Below are positions 7,931-17,799 of a DNA stretch of 64,000 nt, in pieces. The position numbers were made by a program, and so were the translations under genes. Numbering within the stretch: position 1 is the stretch's first letter; every line of letters starts with the position of its first letter. The notes beneath the pieces were generated by a model that saw only the letters and a program-made list of their open reading frames with translations, searched no databases and had not been told where the DNA came from. The DNA is from Polyangia bacterium (GTDB taxonomy: Bacteria; Myxococcota_A; Polyangia; JAAYKL01): NCBI GenBank assembly GCA_050304755.1, contig JBNLED010000252.1, positions 2,210 to 66,209 on the forward strand, in the 5' to 3' direction.

Positions 7931-10732
7931 TCACTCGACCGTGAGGGTGACCTCTGACCCGTCGTAGGAGACCGTCTGGTCCGACTGCGCGGTCACCTCG
8001 ATACCGCCGCCGTGGCCGGGACCGACCCGGACGATGTTGAAGGTCCGGCTCGAAGGCATGCCGCTGTAGCTCCCGGTCCGCTCACCGATGGTCAGCTGCC
8101 CGGCGGCGTCGTCCCAAGCGAAGGGTATCAGGGAATACTGCCCCTCTTCGTAATCGTAAGAGTCCCCTTCGTCCTCGTACAGCCTGAAGGCGCCGTCCCG
8201 TCCTTCGTAGATTCTTATCTCCAGGGGATCGATGCTCTCGGTGGCGTACTGGATTTCGGGCCCCATCGGCACGATCGACCCGGCCTTGACGAAGAGGGGG
8301 ATCATGCTGAGCGGCGCGTCCACCGTGTCGCGTCGCCCCCCTTCGATGGCCTCCCCCGTCCAGAAATCATACCAGGTGCCGCCGGGCAGATAGACCGACC
8401 GGCTGGTCGCCCCTTCGGTAATCACCGGGTTGACGAGGATCGCGGGGCCGAAGAGGAACTGATCCTTGATGTCGAAGACCTCCGGGTCGTCCGGGTAATC
8501 GAAGACCAGCGGCCGCATCATGGTGTAACCGTCGTTCGTGACCCGCCAGGCCAGCGAGTAGATGTAGGGCATCAGGCGATAACGCAGGATGTCTATCTTC
8601 AGGAGGTTGGCCTTGGTGTCGGCGCTCCACTGATCGCCGTAGAGCTCCCTCGAGCCGCCGCCGTGGATCCGGAAGATGGGACAGAAGGCGCCGTACTGGA
8701 ACCAGCGCGTGAACACCTCGTTGCTCTCGCGGGTCGTCCAGTCCACCCGCCCGGGATGTCCCCAGTAGCCGCCGATGTCCGTGGTCCAGTAAGGGATGCC
8801 GGCGGCGACGAAGTTCAGCCCCGCCGGGATCTGCCGGGCCAGCGTCCCGAAGTCGCAGTCCACGTCCCCGGACCAGCAGGTCGTGGCGTATCGCTGCTGT
8901 CCGGCGAAGCCGCTGCGGGTGAGGACGTAGACGCGCTTGTCGTTCGGACCGATGTCCCGCCACCCCTCGTACAGGGCCTGGCTGTGACCGATGGGATAGG
9001 CGTTGATGAAATGTGCCCCCTTGCCGACGGCCGTATCCACCCCCCGCATGTCGATGCTGTCCGGATACGGCTGCGGCTCGGTGTTGTCCGCCCAGATGCC
9101 GTCCCAGCCGTAGCGCCCGATCAGGCGGTCGTAGGTCTGCTGATACACGAGCGTCCGCGCCTCGCTGTCGAACGTGTCATAGAAATGGTGGTCCCCCCCG
9201 CTCGGATAGAGCGCGCCGATGTCGTTCAGCGCGTTGTAGTTGTCCTGGTCGTCGGCGCTCGGAGGGGAGCCGTTGTACCTATAGAGCGGCCAGATGGAGA
9301 TCATCGTGTGCACGTTGGCGTCGTGCATCTCGTCGATGAGGGCCCCGGGGTCCGGGTAGCGGGATTCATCCATGAGGTGGGAGCCCCAGGAGTAGGGCGT
9401 CCAGTAGTCCCAGTCCTGGACGATGCAGTCCACGGGGATGTTGTTGTTGCGGTAACCATTCTTGATCTCCAGCAGCTCGGACTGTCGGGCATACTTGTCC
9501 TTCGACTGGAACAGCCCGTAGGCCCACTTGGGGAAGAGCGGGGCCGCCCCCGTGGCTGTCCGGTATCCGGCGACCACCCGATCGAGCTCGGGACCGTAAA
9601 AGAAGTAGTAGTCCACCATCTCGCCGGCCTCCGAAACATAACGATACTTCGTATTGAAAGACTCGCCGCCGTAGAAATTGGAGGTGGAGTAGTTGTCAAA
9701 GAAGATCCCGTATCCCCGATTGGAAATCAATACGGGGACGACCGTATCGGTGTTGACGTTTATAAGGCGACGGTTGCTCCCCTTGCGGTTCATCACGCCG
9801 TCCTGATACTGGCCGAGCCCGAACAGCGCCTCGTCCTCGGGGGAGTTGAACACGCTCTCGATCTCATAGGTGGCCACGCCCTCCACGTTGGTCGGACGGG
9901 CGCTCTTGCTGTCCTCGGACAGCACGAGGTTGTCTTCCAGATCGGTGTAGCTGACCAGGCCGCTGTTCCAGTCGACCTTCGCCTTCATCCGCGTGGTCGT
10001 GATGACGACGGTTTCCCCCTCCTCGCCGACGCAGAACTCGGTGGCCCCCCAGTCATTGCTGATCGACAGCGAGGTCGTCACCGGCAGCTCCGAGGCTGTC
10101 GTATATTGAACCCGGAAGATGTCCGCCGTGCAGACGCGCACCTTCATCAGACCGTCACTCAACGTGAAGGTGACGCCGGTTTCATCGATTGTATATGGTC
10201 CGGTAGGATCCACAGGGTCGCAGACGAGCTCGGGGACTGTGTCCGTATCCGGCGCCGTGCCCATATCCGTCACCGTATCGCTGTCGGCATCGGCGTCCCC
10301 ATCGACGTCGCTATCGGTGTCCACGTCCGTATCCATGTCAGTGTCCGAATCTCCGTCGGTATCGGTATCCGTATCGGTGTCCGTGTCCGTGTCCGTGTCG
10401 GTGTCGGTGTCCGCATCCGCGTCGGCGTCCGCATCCGCGTCGGAATCCATGTCCGCGTCGGAATCCGTGTCGGTGTCTGAATCCGTATCCATGTCGGCAT
10501 CCATATCCGCATCGGAGTCCGTGTCCGTGTCGGAATCCGTATCCGTGTCGGCATCCGTGTCGGTGTCTGAATCCGTGTCGGCGTCTGAAAAGCTGTCGGT
10601 CGACGTATCCGTGTCCTTTGTCTGCCCGTCGGATGCACACCCGAGGACAACCCCCGCGAGCGCCGGCCAGAGCCACAGGTGCCAGACCCGTCGCGCCGCC
10701 GCCGTATGGGTGTGGATATTGTTGATGTTCAT
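7931..10732 (-). CDS. GH31 alpha-xylosidase/alpha-glucosidase lipoprotein with N-terminal Asp/Thr stalk
   Basis: Lipobox VLGC; DT repeat; [19 protein letters not shown] (nucleophile), WSGD, WTTDIGG (acid/base), [28 protein letters not shown]; RBS AAGGAGG. Confidence 0.9.
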   Translation of the reverse strand: MNINNIHTHTAAARRVWHLWLWPALAGVVLGCASDGQTKDTDTSTDSFSDADTDSDTDTDADTDTDSDTDTDSDADMDADMDTDSDTDTDSDADMDSDADADADADADTDTDTDTDTDTDTDTDTDGDSDTDMDTDVDTDSDVDGDADADSDTVTDMGTAPDTDTVPELVCDPVDPTGPYTIDETGVTFTLSDGLMKVRVCTADIFRVQYTTASELPVTTSLSISNDWGATEFCVGEEGETVVITTTRMKAKVDWNSGLVSYTDLEDNLVLSEDSKSARPTNVEGVATYEIESVFNSPEDEALFGLGQYQDGVMNRKGSNRRLINVNTDTVVPVLISNRGYGIFFDNYSTSNFYGGESFNTKYRYVSEAGEMVDYYFFYGPELDRVVAGYRTATGAAPLFPKWAYGLFQSKDKYARQSELLEIKNGYRNNNIPVDCIVQDWDYWTPYSWGSHLMDESRYPDPGALIDEMHDANVHTMISIWPLYRYNGSPPSADDQDNYNALNDIGALYPSGGDHHFYDTFDSEARTLVYQQTYDRLIGRYGWDGIWADNTEPQPYPDSIDMRGVDTAVGKGAHFINAYPIGHSQALYEGWRDIGPNDKRVYVLTRSGFAGQQRYATTCWSGDVDCDFGTLARQIPAGLNFVAAGIPYWTTDIGGYWGHPGRVDWTTRESNEVFTRWFQYGAFCPIFRIHGGGSRELYGDQWSADTKANLLKIDILRYRLMPYIYSLAWRVTNDGYTMMRPLVFDYPDDPEVFDIKDQFLFGPAILVNPVITEGATSRSVYLPGGTWYDFWTGEAIEGGRRDTVDAPLSMIPLFVKAGSIVPMGPEIQYATESIDPLEIRIYEGRDGAFRLYEDEGDSYDYEEGQYSLIPFAWDDAAGQLTIGERTGSYSGMPSSRTFNIVRVGPGHGGGIEVTAQSDQTVSYDGSEVTLTVE
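10275..10615 (-). repeat. Coding low-complexity (DT/DA/DS/DM)n repeat
   Basis: Tandem GTGTCC/GCATCC/GAATCC units on the + strand. Confidence 0.85.
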
Positions 10733-11109
10733 GATGTCCTCCTTAGCAAAGAATCTCGCGCGAATCCCCGACGGAAGGCCAGCGTAGGCCTAATCAGGCC
10801 CCAAACGCAACCCCCGATGAGGCTGAAATATCGGCCCCGCATGTCGTAACAATAGCGGGCCCGGACGGACGCAAACCCGGTCGGCACCGACGCGACATGA
10901 ACCGGTGGGCATCCTGTCCTATGGCATAAGTAGGCGCCTCGAGAAAAAGAGGGCGGATACCGATTGTAAAAAATGCGGTTAGTGAAAATGGTTCATACTA
11001 TTGAAGATTGGTCCGATCCCCGCCTCGGGGGAGTTTATGGGTGAGCTCCCGCGGATTCTCTGATAGACTTCTGTATAAGTCTCTAAAATAATGGGATTTT
11101 CAAGGTACA

Positions 11110-11445
11110 ATGAAGACATCCGAATACTGTCGATTATGCTCACCGACAGACGGCTAACAACGCGAAAGCCTCGCTGGACATCGACGCGATCCATTGTTAA
11201 AGAACAAGAACAGTGTTGTGAAACCTTTATAGTGATAACTATGACGACGCCTACCAAGAAGGATCTATCAAGACAGCGGCCGAGCTGTATTCTCTGGACG
11301 ATGACTCCGAGGGCCGCAGGTTCTATCTGAAGGGAACCTATCGATGCCTGATGTTCGGCGTGAATGGGAACGGTGCGGGCGATGAGCAGCGGCTCTATCT
11401 GATAGACAAGGTCGCCTTCAGCTCTGAAGACTGGATTGGCGAGTA
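11110..11445 (+). pseudogene. Degenerate 3' gene fragment
   Basis: The frame ending ...YLIDKVAFSSEDWIGE* is interrupted by in-frame stops upstream. It is preceded by ATGGGATTTTCAAGG (11091-11105), which resembles the MITE terminal repeat. Confidence 0.35.
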
Positions 11446-11664
11446 GCGTCGGCGGCTCGTTGGAATTCGAGAGGGCGCGCTTAGAACCTCAAACACTGCT
11501 ATTGTCGAGCCTCCGGATGGAACGGGCGGTGACCCCCATGGCCCCTTCGGACGGCCTGTTCCGGAAACCGCGAAAAAAAAACGCCCCCCGCCCCCCTTTA
11601 ACCGGCTCTTCCTTAAAGAAACGGGGAACACCGCCATGCCGCGGTGATGATGAGGAGAATACCA

Positions 11665-11889
11665 ATGAAAAGGAATATGGGAACGATAGACAAATCCATC
11701 AGAGTTCTTTTCGCCGCTGCGGTGGCGATACTGGTTCTGTCAGGCGCCGTCAGCGGGGTGGCGGCGGTGGTGCTCGGCAGCCTCGCCGCGATCATGGTGC
11801 TCACCAGCCTCGTGGGCTTCTGTCCGCTCTATTTGCCGATCGGATTGTCGACGCGAAAAAAGGAGAAAGCGGCGCCGTCCGGGTCATGA
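11665..11889 (+). CDS. DUF2892 (YgaP-like) small membrane protein
   Basis: MKRNMGTIDKSIR...TSLVGFCPLYLPIGLST signature; RBS GAGGAG. Confidence 0.85.
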   Translation: MKRNMGTIDKSIRVLFAAAVAILVLSGAVSGVAAVVLGSLAAIMVLTSLVGFCPLYLPIGLSTRKKEKAAPSGS

Positions 11890-12031
11890 CGTCTATTGGG
11901 AGGCGGGTGAGCGGCGTCGGGCCGTGGAGGCGCTGTATCCCAGATATTACTGTTGCGGCTGTCGGGGAGGCGGTTCGAAAAAGTCGGATTGAATCGGAGG
12001 GCGGCGGGGAATCCCGTCGACGGGAGGGGAC

Positions 12032-13072
12032 CTACACGAGACCGCCGCCGATGAGCGACTCGGCGGCGTCGATAATCGTCTCCCGGACGGGGCGATAGAC
12101 GATCCCCAGCTCCCGCTCCGCTCGGCGACTCTCGAAACGCCACACCCTGCCGAGCTCGCGACGGGTGGCCCGAAAGCTCAGCCCCCTGCTCAACAGCGCC
12201 ACGATGAGCACCATCCAGTCCGGCATCGTCCGCCTGGGGAGCCTCCGCTCCGGATAACGCTCCCGGAGGAGGTCGGCGATCTCGCGCCACCAGAGTTGGT
12301 CATGGGTGAGGAGATAGCGCCCGGTGGCCTCCGGTCGTTCGAATGCGTTCACATGCGCGTCGGCCACCTCCCGGACGTCCGCGATGTCGTAGTGGAGGCG
12401 CGGGCATGCCCCGGGGTCGCGGCAGAGGACCCGGCGCAGGATCTCGATGCTCGATTGCATGTGGGCCCTCGTATAGACGGGGCCGAACACGTAGCTCGGA
12501 TTGATGGTGACCAAGCCCGGACGCGTCCCGGGCCAGTTCTCCACCGCCCGCCAGGCCGCCTTCTCGGCAAGGGATTTGCTCAGCGGGTAGGGGTGGATAT
12601 GGAGGTCGGCATCCTCGCACCAGTCCTCCTCGGTGAAGATGTAATCGTCCGGTTTGTCGAACCCCATTATGGCCGCGATGCTGGAGGTGAATACGATCCG
12701 CTCGACGGTCCCGGCCCTTGCGGCCGAGTCCAGAACGGACGTCGTCCCGTCGACCGCGGGCTTGACGATCGCCGTCCAGGGGTCGCGCGCCGCCATCTTC
12801 ACCGGCGAGGCCACGTGGAAGAGCCCGGAGCAGCCCCGAAGGGGCGCATCGAAGGCGCCCTCCCGGGTCAGATCCGCCGAGAACAACGCCAGCCGCTCGG
12901 CGGCCTCCGGGACCAGCCGGAGAAGGTGGGATACCTTCGCGCCGTCGGCCGCGTCCCTCACCGTGGCGTGTACGCGATACCCCCGCTCCAGCAGCACCCG
13001 GACCACATGGGTACCGATGAACCCGGCGGCGCCCGTCACGCAGACCGTTTTGATGCTCGTGTCGTCATTCAT
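12032..13072 (-). CDS. NAD(P)-dependent epimerase/dehydratase (dihydroflavonol/aldehyde reductase-like extended SDR)
   Basis: VTGAAGFIG, FHVASP, FTSSIAA, YPLSK (YxxSK), DVREVADAH. Confidence 0.9.
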   Translation of the reverse strand: MNDDTSIKTVCVTGAAGFIGTHVVRVLLERGYRVHATVRDAADGAKVSHLLRLVPEAAERLALFSADLTREGAFDAPLRGCSGLFHVASPVKMAARDPWTAIVKPAVDGTTSVLDSAARAGTVERIVFTSSIAAIMGFDKPDDYIFTEEDWCEDADLHIHPYPLSKSLAEKAAWRAVENWPGTRPGLVTINPSYVFGPVYTRAHMQSSIEILRRVLCRDPGACPRLHYDIADVREVADAHVNAFERPEATGRYLLTHDQLWWREIADLLRERYPERRLPRRTMPDWMVLIVALLSRGLSFRATRRELGRVWRFESRRAERELGIVYRPVRETIIDAAESLIGGGLV

Positions 13073-13237
13073 TAAAGTCGCCTTTCTACGGGTCCGCGGG
13101 GCGCCATACGGCACGAGGTGTTCCCGCGGGGGCGGACAATCCAATGGGAGGGCGCCCATATCGAGCGGCCGACAGGAGGGTATGCGGAAATCGTGCCAAG
13201 CGAGCGGGCCTGTCTCTGGGTCCGGTTCATGCGCCGT

Positions 13238-14440
13238 TCAACCGGCGCCTCGATAGTCCGCGAGCAGTCTCTGTAACGCGCCGAGGTCCGGGGATTCGGG
13301 CGCAATCCGCCGCATTTCCGTGAGGGCGTCCTGGGCTGTCTGGAAATCCCCCAGCTCCGTCAGCAGGCGAATCCGCTTGACTCTGGCGTCTGTAAACGAG
13401 GGGTCCAGCTTGAGGCAGGTTTCAAAGGCGTTTTGCGCGACGCTGAGCTTCTGGAGCGACATGAGGACGATGCCCAGGTTGTACCAGGCGCGGTGGTTGT
13501 TGGGGTTGGCCTCTATCGAGGCCAGAAACTCCGCGTGGGATTCGTCCACCTTCCCGAGCGACAGATAGGCCATCCCCCGGTGGTTGCGCAGGATGGAGCG
13601 AACGGACTCCACCTCCGTCATCTCGAGGGCGCGGGTGTAGAGTGATATCGCGGTGTCGTACGACTCCTCCGAGTGCGCGTTCAGGGCGTCGATGATCACC
13701 TTCTCGAGGTCGTCATGCGCCCTGGCGTTGCCGTCAGCGTGGAACAATTCCGAGTGGATATCGCCGTTCGAAAGCAGGCGGACGGAGTCATCGGCGAGCG
13801 ACCGCCGCTTGGTCTGTTTCCGAAGGATCTCCCGCTGAAATTCCCGCAACTCCTGGAAGATGATATCGCTCAGGGTCAGGTTGGCGTTGAGGGCCGCGAG
13901 CTTCCGTTTGATCTGATAGGTGGGGATCGGCCAGTCCGATTTGTAGATGAGCTCGTGCTCCACCTCCGCCCAGGCGTCCTGCAGTATCGTCCGGAGCTGG
14001 ATCTCACAGACCGCGGGGACGCACGGCAGCGGATGCTCGACGTTCCGATCTTGGAGGTCCAGCAGCAGGTGCGTCGCGTCGTACCCGAACTCGCGGAAAG
14101 AGTGGCGTTCGTATTTCTTGTCCACCTCGGTGATGTCGAACCTGGCGGACAGCAGCCTCTCCGCCACCCCCAGGTCGTCCAGGAACGGGCAGACGATTCG
14201 AATGCCCATCAGATCCTCGATGCGATCGATGGTCGGCCTCCCCGCTTCGTTGAGATTCAGTTTCTGTAGGTAGCCTTCGAAGTCCTTGACGCGGTGCTTG
14301 ATTTGAAACCGAAGGCCGGACCCGGCCAGCGCCTCGCGAATACTCCCGACGACCTCGCGAAGCAGTGTGTCATACTCCGACCGGCTGTGATCGTCGTATC
14401 GTTCGCGTAACCGCAATGTGTCGAAGTGTTTCACAATCAT
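13238..14440 (-). CDS. RelA/SpoT synthetase-domain protein (small alarmone synthetase-like) with C-terminal TPRs
   Basis: RVK, EDLMGIRIVCPF, GY, EIQLRTILQDAWAEVEHELIYK; TPR helices (NHRGMAYLSLG, AWYNLG). Confidence 0.88.
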   Translation of the reverse strand: MIVKHFDTLRLRERYDDHSRSEYDTLLREVVGSIREALAGSGLRFQIKHRVKDFEGYLQKLNLNEAGRPTIDRIEDLMGIRIVCPFLDDLGVAERLLSARFDITEVDKKYERHSFREFGYDATHLLLDLQDRNVEHPLPCVPAVCEIQLRTILQDAWAEVEHELIYKSDWPIPTYQIKRKLAALNANLTLSDIIFQELREFQREILRKQTKRRSLADDSVRLLSNGDIHSELFHADGNARAHDDLEKVIIDALNAHSEESYDTAISLYTRALEMTEVESVRSILRNHRGMAYLSLGKVDESHAEFLASIEANPNNHRAWYNLGIVLMSLQKLSVAQNAFETCLKLDPSFTDARVKRIRLLTELGDFQTAQDALTEMRRIAPESPDLGALQRLLADYRGAG

Positions 14441-14759
14441 GATTTAACATCACCCCACACCGCTTACCATTAAAAATTCCTGCTATGAAACCGGCGTTGG
14501 AGTCGTGATATGACATGGTCGACACCGTATCACTTATAACTCATCGGGGGTACCCCTGTGGAGAGCGGCGGCCGCGTCCACGTGCCGGGGAGGACCCTGG
14601 ACGATGCATGAATTCAGGGTCCGGAAGAGCAGTCCCTTCGCGGGGGTTCACCGCGGGATAGCCTCGGGCGGCCCGGACTCCGGTCCGTGAGTTCGAACCG
14701 GCTCAATCGGGTGGGGCGTCTTGACAAATATTCCGTAAGAATAGAAGAACATTACGCTG

Positions 14760-16787
14760 ATGGACGAGGCAGCGGGAGCCGAATACTTGAGACGCATTTT
14801 GAAATTCCTGAAAGAGCACAAGCCGGCCGTCCTCACGGCGTTTTTCATCTCCGCGGGCCTGCTCTCCCTCTACCTGCTCAGCGTCCAGACCCTCGCCCTC
14901 CCGATGCTCGGGGATCACTGCATGAAGACCTCGAAGAGCGTGGAGATCTCCTACAATATGGTCCGGTACAAGGATCCTTTCCACCAATACGCGGACTGGC
15001 AGGCCACCAAGAGCAACGTCTTCGGAAAGACCGGGAGCATCATCGGGTACGAGTCCCCCTTGAGCGCTTTCCTCCTGGCCGGGCTCTATCTCGTCGTCGA
15101 CAGCGCAGACTTCATGACGCGGGTGGACACCGCCCGGTACTTCACGCTGGTCCACCTCCTTGGCGCATACTTCCTCCTCGTGTTCTTCATATTCCGGCGG
15201 GATCTGTTCTCCCTCGTCACCTTCTCCGTCTTGTTCATCGCCTCCACCTTCACCATCTCCTACTCGACCCAGCCCTTCGTCGAGAGCCTGTCCCTCCTCT
15301 ACCAGGCGCTCTTCATCGCGGTCGCCGTGCGCCTCCTGGATCGCCCCGATCACCCGTTCCGGAAGGCGCTCGTGATCGCCGCGGTCGCCTTTCTGCTGTG
15401 TATCGGGGGCAAGATGAACTATTTCCTCCTCGGCGCCCCCGTCATCCTCGGTTACCCCTTCATCGACCGGACCTTCCGCGGGATGCGGCCCAAGCTGCTC
15501 TTCCTGTCCGTATTCATCGCAGGGGGCGGAGCGCTCCTGGCCGGGCTCGCCCTCTTCTCCAACCTCGATTTCGGGAATATCTTCATTTATATGATCCGGG
15601 GCAACAAGCCGATCATCAACGGCAGCCTGTGGCAGACCTTCGTCGAGGGGTTCAGCGCCTTCGACGAGCTCGCCCATCGCACCCGGGAGGACTTCGGATA
15701 TCTTCCCTACCGGGGCGGTGTCCTGGGCGTCCTCTACCTGGCGATGAAATTCATCGCGCTCCCGATATTCAAGCGGGGCACCCCCCTCTCCCCCTTCGAG
15801 CGGTTCCAGCGGGTGCTCTTTCTCTTCGTCCTCGGCCACGGGCTGAACTACGTGGTGCTGAGGAACCTCTATATCCCCCATCGGTACTACGTCATCCCCC
15901 TGTACACGATATTCTGCCTCGCGCTCACCGTGCTCGTCGCCGATCTCCGGACCCTCCTCCTCCGACCCATGGCGATCAAGACCCGGCTGTGGGCCCGGCT
16001 CACCTCGCGCTTCACGCGGCTGCGGGCCGTGGACCGCCTCCGGGAGAGCAGCGCGTGTGTCATCTCCGTCTGTCTCGCCGCCCTCGCCGCGGTGTTCCTG
16101 GCGGCCGCCCTCACCTTCGACACGAACCAGAGCTGGCAGGGGACCTTCCTCACGACCGCGCGGATGTTCGGAAACAGGACCCTGGCCATCGAGCTGCTGG
16201 CGACGCTGGCGGGCGCGGTGAAGCTGTTCTACGGGCTCGCCGTCGCCCTGGGGGGGCTCGCGGTCCTGACCGCCATCCTCCCCTTTTCGAAGCTTGCGAC
16301 GAACGGGCCGGCGGCCGCCGCACTGGAACGGACCGGCGCGCGCTTCGAGCAGTACGGTATTACGGCGACGGGGCCCCTCATCGGCCTGTTCTTCGTTCTG
16401 CTGATCGCCTTCTCCGTGATGAAGACCTGCCGATCCCTCGATCGCTGGGCCGGCCGCTATCGGGAGCACATCGATACCGCCGAGGCACTCGCCAGGATTC
16501 GGGAGGATACGACCCCTGGTGATCTCGTCCTCTGCTGGAAGTGGTGCATCGCCTTTTACGCGGACAAGCGATCCATCACCGACGCCACGGTCAATGATCT
16601 GCCCTACTACCGGGAGCACAACATCCATTCGGTCATGGGGCCGGTGAAGCCCCTCAACCACTTCTACAAGAGAATTGCTAAATACGCCGAACCGATGTCA
16701 TACTGGAGGCCGCTGTCGAAGGACGAGGTGAAGAACCGCCGGATACAGCAGAAGAAGAAACGGCAGAAGAAGGATCTGGAGAAGTAG
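14760..16787 (+). CDS. Polytopic membrane protein, probable GT-C/ArnT-like glycosyltransferase
   Basis: Many transmembrane segments, YESPL loop, HRYYVIPL, REDTTPGDLV; operon with GT2 and GT4 genes. Confidence 0.6.
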   Translation: MDEAAGAEYLRRILKFLKEHKPAVLTAFFISAGLLSLYLLSVQTLALPMLGDHCMKTSKSVEISYNMVRYKDPFHQYADWQATKSNVFGKTGSIIGYESPLSAFLLAGLYLVVDSADFMTRVDTARYFTLVHLLGAYFLLVFFIFRRDLFSLVTFSVLFIASTFTISYSTQPFVESLSLLYQALFIAVAVRLLDRPDHPFRKALVIAAVAFLLCIGGKMNYFLLGAPVILGYPFIDRTFRGMRPKLLFLSVFIAGGGALLAGLALFSNLDFGNIFIYMIRGNKPIINGSLWQTFVEGFSAFDELAHRTREDFGYLPYRGGVLGVLYLAMKFIALPIFKRGTPLSPFERFQRVLFLFVLGHGLNYVVLRNLYIPHRYYVIPLYTIFCLALTVLVADLRTLLLRPMAIKTRLWARLTSRFTRLRAVDRLRESSACVISVCLAALAAVFLAAALTFDTNQSWQGTFLTTARMFGNRTLAIELLATLAGAVKLFYGLAVALGGLAVLTAILPFSKLATNGPAAAALERTGARFEQYGITATGPLIGLFFVLLIAFSVMKTCRSLDRWAGRYREHIDTAEALARIREDTTPGDLVLCWKWCIAFYADKRSITDATVNDLPYYREHNIHSVMGPVKPLNHFYKRIAKYAEPMSYWRPLSKDEVKNRRIQQKKKRQKKDLEK

Positions 16788-16797
16788 TCACAACATC

Positions 16798-17793
16798 ATG
16801 GAACGAGAAGCCCCCCAAAACACAGACGCAGTCTACATTTCCGTTGTGCTGCCCGTATTCAACGAGGAGGGCTCCCTCTCCCTGCTCAACCAGCAGATCG
16901 TCGAGACCCTCCGTGCCCGTGACTGGACCTTCGAGATCATTTACATCGATGACGGCTCGTCGGACAGCTCACCGGAGGTCATCCGGGAGCTGTCGGAGCA
17001 TCACCCGGAGGTGCGGGGCATCCTGTTTCGGCGCAACTTCGGGCAGAGCGCCGCCACCGCCGCAGGGATCGATCACGCGATGGGGCGGATCATCGTCCTC
17101 ATGGACAGCGACCTGCAAAACGATCCGACCGACATACCGCTGCTGGTGGAGAAGATAGAGAACGGCGCCGATATCGTGAGCGGCTGGCGCAAGCACCGGA
17201 AGGACAACCCCTTCATCAGGAACTTCCCGTCGTGGGTGGCCAACCGCCTGATCCGGGAGATCAGCGGGCTTCGAATCCACGATCTCGGCTGCTCTCTGAA
17301 GGCCTACCGGGGGGAGGTCATCCGGGAGGTGAAGCTGTACGGGGAGACCCACCGCTTCATCGCGATTTACGCGAACATGATTGGGGGAAAGGTGGAGGAG
17401 GTGGTGGTCAAGCACCACCCCCGGCGGTTCGGCACCTCCAAGTACGGGCTCAACCGGGTGGTCAAGGTGCTGCTCGACCTCATCACGCTGAAGTACATGC
17501 TGAGCTACGCCACCCGGCCCATCTACTTCTTCGGGAAGCTCGCCCTGTTCATCGCGTTCCTCGGGTGCGGCTCCATGACCGGCCTGTTCGTCCACAAGTT
17601 CGTATACGGCACGTCCTTTGTCCGGTCGCCCTTCCTCATGCTCACCTCCATGATCTTCCTCGTGGCGTTCCAGACGCTCCTGTTCGGGCTCATCGCGGAG
17701 ATCCTCATGCGCATCTATCACGAATCGCAGGAGAAACCCGTGTACCACATCCGGCAGCTCGTCGGGCGGCGCCGGGACGACGAGCCGTCGTAG
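16798..17793 (+). CDS. GT2 polyprenyl-phosphate glycosyltransferase (ArnC/GtrB-like)
   Basis: ISVVLPVFNEE, IDDGSSD, RNFGQSAA, MDSDLQNDP, two C-terminal TM helices. Confidence 0.92.
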   Translation: MEREAPQNTDAVYISVVLPVFNEEGSLSLLNQQIVETLRARDWTFEIIYIDDGSSDSSPEVIRELSEHHPEVRGILFRRNFGQSAATAAGIDHAMGRIIVLMDSDLQNDPTDIPLLVEKIENGADIVSGWRKHRKDNPFIRNFPSWVANRLIREISGLRIHDLGCSLKAYRGEVIREVKLYGETHRFIAIYANMIGGKVEEVVVKHHPRRFGTSKYGLNRVVKVLLDLITLKYMLSYATRPIYFFGKLALFIAFLGCGSMTGLFVHKFVYGTSFVRSPFLMLTSMIFLVAFQTLLFGLIAEILMRIYHESQEKPVYHIRQLVGRRRDDEPS

Positions 17794-17799
17794 CCCGGT

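Noticed and set aside
10860-10940. GGACGCAAA suggestive of a c-di-GMP-I riboswitch
   Set aside because: Lacks the upstream GGCAAA/GAAA stem and downstream elements, and is on the wrong strand for the GH31 leader
14610-14715. SRP RNA or tRNA call (TCCGGAAGAGCAG; GTTCGAACC)
   Set aside because: The helix-8 pairing of SRP is not satisfied and no cloverleaf or acceptor stem can be built; kept only as an unassigned ncRNA candidate
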